Shown here piece after piece: positions 12,801 to 23,655 of a DNA stretch of 64,000 bases. Numbering within the stretch: position 1 is the stretch's first letter; every line of letters starts with the position of its first letter. The stretch covers positions 1 through 64,000 of the forward strand of contig JYFJ02001741.1 of the NCBI GenBank assembly GCA_000934665.2, written 5' to 3'. Made by a program: the position numbers and the translations under genes. Below the pieces are notes generated by a model. That model saw only the letters and a list, made by a program, of their open reading frames with translations. It was not told the origin of the DNA and did not search any database. Source of the DNA: Catajapyx aquilonaris. Taxonomy: Eukaryota.

Positions 12801-15800
12801 TCAGTTTCAGTCGTAACAGACTCTCCTTACCTTGTGGAAGAAGTGACAATATTTGACCTTCAGCGTGTAGGAAATGACCTCTTTGAGTCCCTCCAGTCCA
12901 AGCATGTCAGCCAAGGTGGCCAACTCCACAATGTTGATGGTGTTTGGAATGTCGCTGGCCCCACTGTAGATGTGGCAGAGTGCGAAGTGGACTGCATTGT
13001 ATGAAAATCTATGGAAGAACAGTTGTTAGATCAGCATGATTTATCTTACCATAAGAAATAAAATCCTTAAGCTCACCCTTGCAACGAGATGATGTTTCCA
13101 GCACTTTCGACCCAACCTCCACTCAGCATGGCTGCAAAATACTGGCAGCGGGATGACAAGATGCATTTGTGTGCACGTATCCGGTGTCCGCCAACCTCAA
13201 CCACAATGTCAGTGTTGACCTCCTCGAGGAACATGCGCAGGAGGTCTTCACCTAGACGGGAGCAAGGGTTTCGACCTTTGCAATCTGACGAGTCTGTCTC
13301 AGTCGTGGTTGTGGCCTCAGCTCCACTCCGCTCCATGCTCGACTGCATGGAACTGATCTCTGATGCTTCTGACAATGTCGCATCAATTTCATCATCATGT
13401 AATTTCCGCGGGGTCAAGCACATTGGACTCCGTTCTTCCACTTGTGCAGCAGCTTTGCGGGCCATCAAAGGCGTATTTTTAGGGGTGCATCCTGCATCTC
13501 CAGGTGCCAGTTCTTCCGACTTGACCATCCGAAGCAGGCGGGAACGTCTAGGCAATGGACTAGCATGTCGTTCTGGAGCCTCACCAGGAGTCCCAAAGCT
13601 CTGAGCCCGCTTGTGTCCTCGCTCTTTGCGCTCTTCAACCCACGACTGCGACAACACACGAGGACGCATGGAACGATGTGGTCGTCTGGGTGCATCTGCC
13701 TCGATGAACATGAACACGCTGTCTTTGACTGGCTTTGGAATCCGTGTCTGGGGTAGAGGATCAGCAGGTGGCTTTTCCTTCTCAGATTCTGGTTCACGAA
13801 CAGGTGGGTTTGAGATTGATCGGGACCGAACATGCTCTGCACGAAACTCACGTCTAGGCTTAGTTGGAATGTCGCTGAAGTCAATAAACATCGAGAACAT
13901 GGACTTGTGCTCTTGTGTCTCTGTTTCTTCCTCTCGCTTACTTTTGGTCATTTCAAGAAAATAGCCTACAGCCAAGGGAGCAGGCTCTACCGCTGGTTGG
14001 TCTTTAAACTCCACAGCCTGCAATGCTGCCGACACTAATGGAATCCGCGAGTCATGTGCATCCTTCTTGGCCTCGGGCTTATCTGTCGCAGCACCAGCAC
14101 CGTCATCTCCTTCATTCAGTGAGTCGGCTGGGGATGGGCTACCTTTGGCGACGGTAGGTGTGTCCACTTCCGGCTCCATCTGCATCAGTGATGGATTCAG
14201 TATGTAGGCAAAACTGCCTGGGTGCTTCTCACTCTTAGATGCCCCTGCTAATGGAGGCGTTTTCTGATCTGGTTCTGGCTTGGCCGTGGCAGATCCCTCA
14301 AGGGAATGCTGCGAGAACTGTTGGATAGAGCTGCGAAAGAGAAGCTCCCCCTGACGACGCTCATTCTCACGACGACGCTCCTCGTTCTCTTCCTCCATCT
14401 TCCCAGCCAGTGGATTCCCACACTCACTGCACACATGAGGGTGCTCACGTGCTAATGTTTCAGATTTGTCTTCCGGCTTGGACTCAGCTTCCTTCTTTGG
14501 GGCAGTGCTGCATGGAAGAGGGACCTCTTCTTCCAACAGGGATGCAGCGTCTATAAAGTAGTACTTTGGTTTCACTGGAGAAGAATCTTCTTGAGGGATG
14601 TCAGACTCCAAGACTGTTTCTTTGCTGTCCACATCAGAAGGGCTCGTGTCCATCTTCTCAGACTTTGCATCCGGTGGCTCCGATGGGGTGCGTTGGTCAA
14701 CTTCTTCAGATGTTTCAGTAATTATAGTAACAGTAAGGATTTCATCAGAATTATCAGGCAGTAATGAAGCGTCTATTTCAGTATGAGTCCTTGCAGGCAA
14801 TGAAGTGGTTGCATATGTGACCTTATCTGAAGCCTCGGTGGGAAAAGCAACAGCAGCAACGACAGCTTTGTCTAAAGCTTCAATGGGCAATAATTCCACT
14901 TTTGTCTCGAGAGCTTTTACAGGCAAAGCAGAGGTGGCCGCAACTTCCATCAAATCAGATGACAACTCCAGAAGAATTAAATTACTCTCAAGAGATTCCA
15001 AATCCTTTTCGTGCATATCTGAAATCATTTCATGTGAAGGTTCTGTTGCTGTGTGCCTTGTTAAAACTTCCAGTTCTTCCTGCACTTGCTGAAGCTGTGG
15101 TGAATCTGCAACTTGCAATGCTGAAGGCTTTTCTGAGCTAAGTGAAGCCTCATTTGGCACCTCTAAGGCTGCTGCTCCCTCCAAGCGTGTCACCTCCTGA
15201 CTAAAAACTAGTTTCTCCAGTGCAGATGGTTCCTGCAGTACAGACTCTCCAGCAGCTAATGTATTGGGAATTAATGCTGGAAGTTCTTCTTCAGGTGTGA
15301 CCTCAGACAACACTGCAGCTTCTTCAGGCAAGACTAGAGCAGATGCATCTTCTGGTGCTGTCAGCGATCCTTCCATCAGCAACGAATCATCCAAGAGCAA
15401 GGAAGAAGTCAAATCTTGCAATGCTGAATCCTCGCCAGCTAATACTTCAATAGGTGGTGCAGAAGTGTCTCCATCAGCTATCGAATCTAGGAGTATCAAA
15501 TCTTCTTCCATGGCTGAATCTGACACATCTTTTGGCAAAGATGAAGAAGCCTCCGTTACTGCTACGTCTAGGAGAAATGAATCTACCATCTCTGATTCTG
15601 AAGTCACTTTTGGCAACGTTGAAGCATCTCTGGTCCCTACACAATCCAACACCACTAGGTCTGCTACTTCTGTGGCTTCTGGTAAAACTGTAGGCTCCTC
15701 TGCTGGTACTGAAGCATGTAATTCCACATCCTCAACCACCAAGGCATCATCTGGCAATGAAGTTACCTCAGGAAAAGCTGAAGCCCCTTCCTCTGGTAAA

Positions 15801-16891
15801 CTTCCTGCCCCTATCTCCGGTACTCCCTCACCTGACTCTGTAAGTGCAGTGAAGTCGGACTCCTCTGTCAGAGCTTCAGCCAGCTTGTCTCCTTCAGCTT
15901 CCTCAACAGTGGCTTCTTCTCCAAGAACGTCAGGCATTATGGTAAATATCTCTGCAAGAGCTAGAGTAAACCTCGCAGCATCTGCCAGTGGGGTCGCCAC
16001 AACATCGTTGAATTCATCATCTTCATTTCCTTCCAGCAACTCGTACGATACCAGGTTTGCATCATCAGCAGTGTTCATATTTTGAGCTGAGCCACAATCT
16101 CTTTGAGCTGCTGCCTGCTGGTGCCTATCTTGCGGCTCAATAGCATCATATTCATGCAAGACCACGCTGTGAGCAGATGTCGAAGTGGATAGCAATGGCT
16201 GCTCGTCCGTCATTGGTGATGTTTCAGGCTGTTCGTGCGTTGTTGTTGTTGTTGTTGTTGTCGTTGTCGCTTCTGAAGTCCACTCTGGCGAGTCTAAAAT
16301 TACAGCCGGGCTCACCTGCTCCAAAATCTCATCTGAGGGCGATGTAATTTGATTACCATTGTGCTTGTCGCATTCAGACACAGCCAGAGTGTCAGGTACT
16401 CTGTGAGGATTCCAAGATTCATTTCCTCTTGAAGTGGGTGTTTCTGGGAGACCTTGAGTATTTAAAGCTTCGTTCACCATCCAGTTTTGCACTGCTTGAG
16501 GCGTCTGAGTATTCAGCGAGTCCACAGACCCATGCATTTCTGCCAGAATGAGAGGCTCCAATATTGGCTGACAATTACGTCCATGCACTTCAGTATCACA
16601 TGGCGCAATGTTTATTGATTCTGTTTCGCCATTACCATTCCAATTAGTGAGAGAATCTGGTTCAATATCTGCAACTTCATCATCTACCTGACTCTGTTTG
16701 GCCGCCCTGCATGACACACACATGGTGTCCTTCCCTTCCTCTTCCCCTCTACTGCATGCCCCTTTCCTCGTGTCCTGCCCAGCATGTGACAGTGAATCTT
16801 CACTAATTCCAGATGCAGACAAGCTCCATTTGAGACCTTCCGAGAAGTAATCACTAGTCTCCTCTTCCTCTTTGTACTGAGCATCATCCAT
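9877..16891 (-). CDS. Large BTB/POZ-BACK protein, BTBD8/KIAA1107-like, ~1958 aa; exons 16891-13077, 13008-12831, 12769-12578, 12477-12314, 11924-11759, 11630-11427, 11166-10366, 10233-9877
   Basis: BTB signature LGEDLLRMFLEEVNTDIVVEVGGHRIRAHKCILSSRCQYFAAMLSGGWVES...FSYNAVHFALCHIYSG...LATLADMLGLEGL, followed by BACK-like helical exons (CHFFHKPC). All seven introns are GT-AG with matching phases. The true N-terminus is uncertain because further 5' exons are possible. Confidence 0.85.
16239..16267. repeat. (GTT)n microsatellite encoding poly-Thr in the BTB protein
   Basis: gttgttgttgttgttgttgttgtcgttgtc; translates as TTTTTTTTTT. Confidence 0.85.
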
Positions 16892-17754
16892 TTTTATGCT
16901 TCTCCTTTCAGACAGGCAAATTTAATACTCAACCTTATTGCACAATATTAGTTGCAGGATGTTGACTAGATATAAATGCCAGGAATGACCTGGGTGGTGC
17001 GTTCACATCTTTTGTCCTCTGTCGCCCCATTCAGCGTCACACCTCGAGGCACCCTGTAAGGTAACATGTCTCAGTAAACGTTGCCAGGGTTCATTTACTT
17101 TACAGGTTTACACACCTGCACTGCGCACTTCTAAAAAAACATTGTGTGTTGCAATATCTTGCGTAATACTCAAAATGACAAAATAACTTCAACCTACTGT
17201 CTTGAACTTGCCTTGGCTTATTCAACAGACTTGACTAAGCCTCCATCAAGTTAACACTAAACAGTTCCGCACTTACAATACTAAGTGCCCAGTAATAAAC
17301 TCATGACTCATGTAGTTGTACACCATATTTGGGCTCTTGCATCCTGTAAGGATGGGGTGAACCTCTATTGCGTCTGATAATAAATCCTGATTATCCAGCT
17401 TCCTGTTCATGCAAGATGAGATGAGATGCCTTGGTTTGGTGAGAGAACAACAGGAAAGGATGGGGCAGAAGGGATTTTGGAAGAGGAAGAAAAATTTTAA
17501 AACCTGAGAAAGTCACAAATGCAGAGAACCACTTGAAGTGCATCCACCTAAGAAAATCCTCAGCCCGTTCAGTGATTGACCTTGCAACAACTCAATTAAA
17601 AACCACTACATCAATGTGTCAGGGGTCAAAATATTCAGATGCAAAGGTGCAATTTGAAGCACTTCAAAGTAACGATTTGCACTCCAGATGAAAGTCTGTA
17701 GTACAAACTTTGCATCTGGACAAAAATTTCAAAATTCGACATTCCTGATGTATA

Positions 17755-18550
17755 CCATATTATTTTGACGGCATATAAGATGCAGCCCCATTTCGGCATA
17801 TCATATCCAGGGTAAAAAGCAGCCCCCCGCAACTCATACGAAACAGCAGTTGAATATAAAAGTCTCCGTCCGTGGCGCTGGTGCAGGCCCACAGGGATGT
17901 TGTGGTTGGGGCGGCCACTCGCGGACGCCTGAACCAAACCGAGCCATTCTTTCCCCTCCAGCTGGGTCCTGAAGGAATTCACAGTTCACCAGTCATCCAC
18001 CCGAACCACAACATGCCTGTGGGGTCGTGCCAGCACCAAATTTCAGGCTGGGGGAGACTTATATTCAACTACCGTCAGGGGAGGTGTGGTCGCCAAGATG
18101 GTAATGTCTCGACTTGAGTGAAAGGTCCCAGGTTCGATCCCCGCCTGGGAGTTCCCTTTCACCTGCCTGTCGGGAGGGTCTCTGACCTTTGGAGGTGTCT
18201 AGCAACCTAACCTCCTGGGGGACTGCACAAGTGTCCCCTCCCCAACAATCCCTATCCTTTCCCAATGTCCCTGTTTCCTTGCACCGGAAAAAGAAGCTGA
18301 AAAATATATAGAAAACTGATAGTGGTGTGCCACCCCCCTATAGATCCCATAAGGGACATCACAGGGTAAACAAAATATAATAAATAATAAATAATAATAA
18401 ATAAAAATTCAACTACCGTCACCATAGGTCTAGTTAGGGAGCTGTGTGGGGCTAGAAAAAAGTATTGTGTATTTTCACATATAAGATGCAGGTCGATTTT
18501 TAATCCATTTTTTGGCGAAAAAAGTGCGGCTTACATGACGTCAAATACGG
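17755..18550. mobile_element. Non-autonomous pogo/Tigger-like (Tc1/mariner superfamily) DNA element
   Basis: Left end ta-ccatattattttgacggcatataagatgca; right end tgcggcttacatgacgtcaaatacgg (reverse complement ccgtatttgacgtcatgtaagccgca). Confidence 0.6.
18078..18406 (+). mobile_element. tRNA-derived SINE with a 15-bp target-site duplication
   Basis: A-box-like tggtcgccaagatgg, B-box ggttcgatccc (18131-18141), (AAT/AATA)n tail, and a perfect TSD attcaactaccgtca at 18063-18077 and 18407-18421. Confidence 0.88.
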
Positions 18551-18628
18551 TCATCAGTTCAATATGTATCACTGGTCAAGAGTGCAAGTATCATTGTGAC
18601 ATTTAGACTAATAGTGAATAATCTACGT

Positions 18629-18759
18629 TACACCTAGTGCATTCATGCATACACATCTTCATGGCATTGTCCCAAAGATGGGGTAGCCAGCCATGACATG
18701 GTGTCCAACATCTTGCCATCTCGCGTGACCGATTATACCATTATTATGCACTAGGTGTA
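18629..18759. repeat. Short inverted-repeat element
   Basis: tacacctagtgcat ... atgcactaggtgta, 14-bp perfect inverted ends. Confidence 0.45.
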
Positions 18760-19627
18760 GATGACACCTAATGCATAATAACGGTATAATTGTAACTCAC
18801 ATAAATGCACCTCAATCTCATGATTAGGAGTTAAGTGTCCTTGGTATACATGCTAATTTACCAGATGTCTCTTTTGTGCCCTACAATACTCGTTCACTTG
18901 GCCATCAACATCTTTTACACCTTGCGAACAGAACAGTGAAAAAATTCTGAGCTATGGACTTCCAAAAAAGCAACACAATTATTGTAAATCGGTCGTCATT
19001 TGACTTTGACCTGCTGTCACTTGCAACTTGAAAGTTATGTATGCAGCCAACATGGTGCACACCTGCCATGATTCATATCCGTGTGTAATGACCCTATAGC
19101 TGCTACTAAAAATTCCAGGTTCATTAAACGTTTATATTGCCATTGACAACAAGGAACATCTTTTTGGGCAACCTTCCCCACCGGCAGGCCACGATGTTCG
19201 TGTGCCCAGCGTTCCACTTGGCCATCAGACAACACCAGGCAGGCACCAGTCGAGTGACAGCTAGGCCTATGCAGATTCGAATAAAAATCGGGGTCAACGA
19301 GGATCGATCCGCTGCGGTGTCTGCTCCTGACGCAACCTTCGGTGTGTTCCGAGGCTGTGTTCCCCCCCTCCGTGACCCCGTGTGGAAGGCGAGGGTGACC
19401 CACCTGCTCGGACAGGGAGTGTCCGGACATGACCTCCGCGGCCCCGATGACAGGAGCCGAAGACAGGCGACGCAGCCCAGGGGCCAATATGGCGGATGGA
19501 GAGAAGGGGTCGGAAACAGGGTGGCCAGGTGATGGGGAGGGGACCAGGCAGGGGTGCCAGGTGAAGCCTACTTGCTGCAGAGTAGCCGCGGAAATTGTGT
19601 AGTGTGTACAAATCATCATCTTTACTC

Positions 19628-20954
19628 TCAACTTGATTGTTTCTCACAGTTTGGGGACATCCCGTAGAGGATGTCGATGCTTGGGTACACTACTGTTACC
19701 AACATTACATTCTGACGGAACCGCAACAGCTCGTCCTCGACGCGCCTCGTTCCGGGTGGGACGGATCGGTAGATCAGGAATCCGGTGTCCAGTATGTGGT
19801 ACTCGTAGTCTGAAAGGCACATCACGTGCGCCTGATGGGGGTGGCAGAAATGCGGTCAACAATGCTGCAGCTGCTCTATAATTTAACACGAATTTTACCT
19901 GGGTCCGTTTGCTGCCGCTGCCTGCCAGGCTCAGTCTCTCGTCGTAAAACGGGTCCTGCGCTGTCCCGACAAAGAAAGGCTCCCATCGTTGGAACGGCGG
20001 GTGTCTTTTGGCGACCCGGAACACCTTCACCTCTCCCGGATTTCCAACCGTCTCCTGCCACTCCGGACTTCCGGAGAAGTTGTGGCACGGGCCGCAAGTC
20101 TCGTGGTGCAACAGCTGGGCGTCCCCTATCTTCAGGGCGTCCACAAGCTCTGTCTTGTCGTCCGGGACAGTCACACCTCCACTGATTTCGTACGCTGGCA
20201 GCACGTACACTTTGGGTCCTTCGGTCTGCCCGTCCCTCCTGACCATGTCCAAGAACATGGGGATGAAGTTGAGGCTCGGGAGAAGCTCCATGTCTGACGA
20301 TATGAAGAAATGGGTGTTGACGAACTCTCGAGCGATGTTTCTGGCCGCGTTTGTTGGATACGCCAACTTCTGCCGCCTTTCCTCTGGTTCTGCTTCTGAC
20401 GGAGGTATGGTGCAGTCCACGTCGGACTGAAGAGCTTGCTCTGGATGCGGTATGTACACCGGTACAGAGTCCTCGTGGAAGAACAAGTGGAAGGTGACCA
20501 GGTCTCTCACCTGATGCGCTTCTAAGCACAGAACAATGTAGGCGATGGTGGCCAAGGTGACTTCGAAGTCTTGTCCAGAGGTGTACACCGCCACCGACAC
20601 AGGACCTTGCCATCGTTGTGTCAAGGTCATCAGGCTCTCCAAGGTGGTAAAGTCCCCGTGTGTTGCGTACGTGACACTGTCGGATAGTTGCTGCAATGCT
20701 GGGATGTAGTTAGGAAGAACGATGTAATTGCGACGCTGAACGACTCGAGGCATGTCGCCACGACAGGTGTTCAAAGTCGAAGTGACATCGACCTTCCGAC
20801 TTCTGACCTTGGTGGTGGTCACAAGCAAGAGGCTTATTCCAACGAAGGCTAGCACCACTATCACTGCTCCTTTATTGCAACGTCTCATGGTAGATGAGAC
20901 ACTAGCCCTTAACTTGATGGGCACCATCATTGTTGCCTCATCATCCAGTATCAT
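19628..20954 (-). CDS. GT49-family B4GAT1-like glycosyltransferase paralog A (divergent), 419 aa; exons 20954-19899, 19831-19628
   Basis: Type II TM segment (AVIVVLAFVGISLLLV); motifs ATHGDF, RWQGPVSVAVY, YPTNAARN, SDMELLPS, WEPFFVGT, DPFYDERL, CLSDYEYHILD. The phase-0 intron after TQ is at the same position as in paralogs B and C. Confidence 0.88.
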
Positions 20955-21340
20955 TGCCGATTGCTATTAAGCAAAAATGCTACTTTTACAACAAATTATT
21001 TTTTGCTATACATTTTTCTCGACCAGAATTTAATATGTTGCAATATATTCACAGCTGGAGAGATGATTCAATCTTAGCTGTAATTAATACCTTTGTTAGC
21101 ACTAAAAGCAGCTGCTTGTTATTAATTAAGCAAATCAATTATTGAAACTTACGCACAATGACGCTACTCTGTCCTCCTCCAGAAAAGTAACCCGAAAAAA
21201 TGCGGACAACGTGACGTACGAGAGAATGAAAAATAGGTTGTAGACTACTTACAGGCTTTTATAAAAGTGAAACTGGTGTTTCAAGTCCTGCTGTATGCGA
21301 GCATCCTTTGTGAGAGTCCCGGATCGTAAATCACATTATG

Positions 21341-21348
21341 TATCGATA
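21341..21348. promoter_or_regulatory. DRE (DREF-binding) element upstream of the paralog A non-coding first exon
   Basis: TATCGATA lies ~190 bp 5' of the minus-strand donor GC|GTAAGT at 21152, which pairs with the acceptor just upstream of the ATG. Confidence 0.4.
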
Positions 21349-22219
21349 CCCCTAATCGAAAGGAGCTCGAATGCGTAATGCAGCCAAGGTGTTGCCATTC
21401 CTTCACAATGACCAATAAGCCTCGAGGTGCAACTAAGTGCATAATGGAAGCATATTTCCTTCCTACAAAACCTCGTAAAGGACGTTTATGCCCACTAATT
21501 TTGAATATGGCGATGATAATTTTGCTAATGTGTCAACTTATGAACGTATAGGTTACATAATGTGAATTACAGAAATCCTTGAAACACTATACTGACTCTA
21601 GATGGTAAAAGATCTTTCGAATATTATCTTATTTTATTTTATGTCTTAATAATTCTAAAAATGTTATTAATATGTGAAACTTCTTGCTTACCTGAACATA
21701 ATACAGAAAAGGAGGATATAGAGCAGGTGTCATTGCATTATTCATTGTATTGAATTCATGCTTCAGCCTCGCTCTTGGCCCAGATATGCAGGGAGTCGAC
21801 GCTAATAAAAATTTTAAGCGTGGTTCGCAGAGTATACTTTTGACTGTTCGGATGTCATAATTATTCAGTGTCTCTCTAACCATTGTGAAGATATGGCCAT
21901 ATATTTTTTATTTATAAATATTCATGCACTTTTGTCTTCACAGTTTCTTTTCAGAGTAAAAGGGTTCACCTACATAACAAAAAATATGGAAAAATGCACA
22001 ATGTCAGTGGTACCTTCGTCTTCACTCGACGTAACTTCGTAACATTGTGTAAGCTTATATTTATGACTGCTGTTGCCCTGTTGTATAGCATGACTAGTCT
22101 GACGTACAGGTTATACCTGTGTAGCTATATATACTATCCGTTTAAAAATGTTCCGGACATGAGTCATAATTCGCCCACTATTAAGTCCATGGGATAAAGT
22201 CTCTCCGAGATGATCAGTT

Positions 22220-23655
22220 TTATCCGCCAAAACAATCAGGAAAATCTCCGTAAAGGAACTTGAGTTCTGGATAAATGACGTCTTTCATTAGCTGGTTCTG
22301 CCTGTAAATGATGGGTTCTCGCTCCTTGGTCACTTCGTACACCTTAATTCCAGGCTTGTGGACGAGGAAGCCCGTGTCCAGGATGTGAAACTCGTAGTCC
22401 AACAGGCACATAGCGTACGCCTGACAAGAAATCAGAAAATGTATTTTACAACAATCTTGCCCAAACCATTCTTGTACACATCACCTGGGTCATCTTGTCG
22501 CTCTTTCCTTCCCAGTTGAGCCTCTCGTCATAAAACGGATCCTGATTTGTACCAATGAAGATGGGCTCCCAGTAGTGGAAAGGCCGGTGTCTTTTTCCTA
22601 TCCTGAAGACTCGCATCTCCTCCGAATTTCCGGACTCAGTCCACTTCTGGTAGCCCGGAAAAACGTGGCATTTCCGACACATCTTGTAGTGGAAGTAAGT
22701 GGCGGTTCCGTTGTCCAGCATGGTCACCAGCTCGTCCTTGTCATCCGGAACACTTGAATCTATTGTCACCTCGAAAACAGGTAGGACGTACACCCTAACA
22801 ATGTAAGAATATCATTTGTACAATCTAATAGGCTTATTAATAAATTAAATATTATGCGGCCATATACCTGGGATCAATTCCTTCCGACTCGGGGTCACCT
22901 CTGCGTATCATTTCCAGATAGGCAGGTATGAAGTTGAGGCTCGGGAACAGTTCGATGTCCGAGGGCAGCACAAAATGAGTGTCTGTGTAGTGTCGAGCCA
23001 CGTTTCGAGCCACGTTGACCGGATATGTCATGTTCTGGGTCTTCCGGTACGGTTCCGTCACATTTGACCAGGGCTGGCGGTCGCAGGACACTTTGGCTTG
23101 CATGACCCGCTCTGGAGGAGGGACCCACTTGGGAAGATGGTCTTGGTGGAAGAAAAGGTGAAAGGTCACCAGCTCTCGGACCACAGTGGTGTCCAGGCAG
23201 TCCTGAAGGTACCGGATACCAGTCAATGCGACGAAGAAGTCAGATCCGGGAGCGTACACGGCTACCGAAACAGGTCCCTGCCACCTCTCGCTGAGGGTCA
23301 CCAGGTTGTCCAAAAAGGTGACCTCCCCGTGCGTGGTGTAGGTCACACTCTCATCACACCCAAACTTACGCGAGGCCTGGATATAATTAGGAAGCACCCA
23401 GTACCGGCCTCGTTGCACTATCCTTGGCATCCGGAGACCACCCCTCCCACAGCTCTCATTCAGGACCAATTCGGCCCAGTTGACCTCTGACCTTCCTCGA
23501 TAGGTGGCCACGTGGTAGATGGCGAACCCAGCCGTCGCCAGCAGAATAAGCACGACTGATTTGTAACACCGGCTGATTCTGGATCCAGCACAGCCTCCGG
23601 CTCGGGCTGATCTGAGCAGAACGTAGTCTGCTTTGTATGTTCTGGCTGGAAGCAT
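22220..23655 (-). CDS. GT49-family B4GAT1-like glycosyltransferase paralog B, 432 aa; exons 23655-22868, 22794-22485, 22420-22220
   Basis: TM segment VVLILLATAGFAIYHVA; YTTHGE, RWQGPVSVAVYAPG, YPVNVARN, PSDIELFPS, WEPIFIGTNQDPFYDERLNWEGKSDKMTQ, FLVHKPG. GT-AG introns keep frame. Confidence 0.92.

Noticed and set aside
15264..16085. 273-aa Ser/Ala-rich plus-strand ORF
   Set aside because: It is the antisense shadow of the low-complexity BTB exon and has no independent coding signal.
18078..18150. Possible tRNA gene
   Set aside because: It has A/B boxes but no clean cloverleaf, and it is followed by a SINE body, tail and TSD.
19644..19898. C-terminal extension of the 436-aa ORF (VKFVLNYRAAAA...)
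   Set aside because: It is read-through into the 67-nt intron and then out of frame. The spliced frame matches paralogs B and C.
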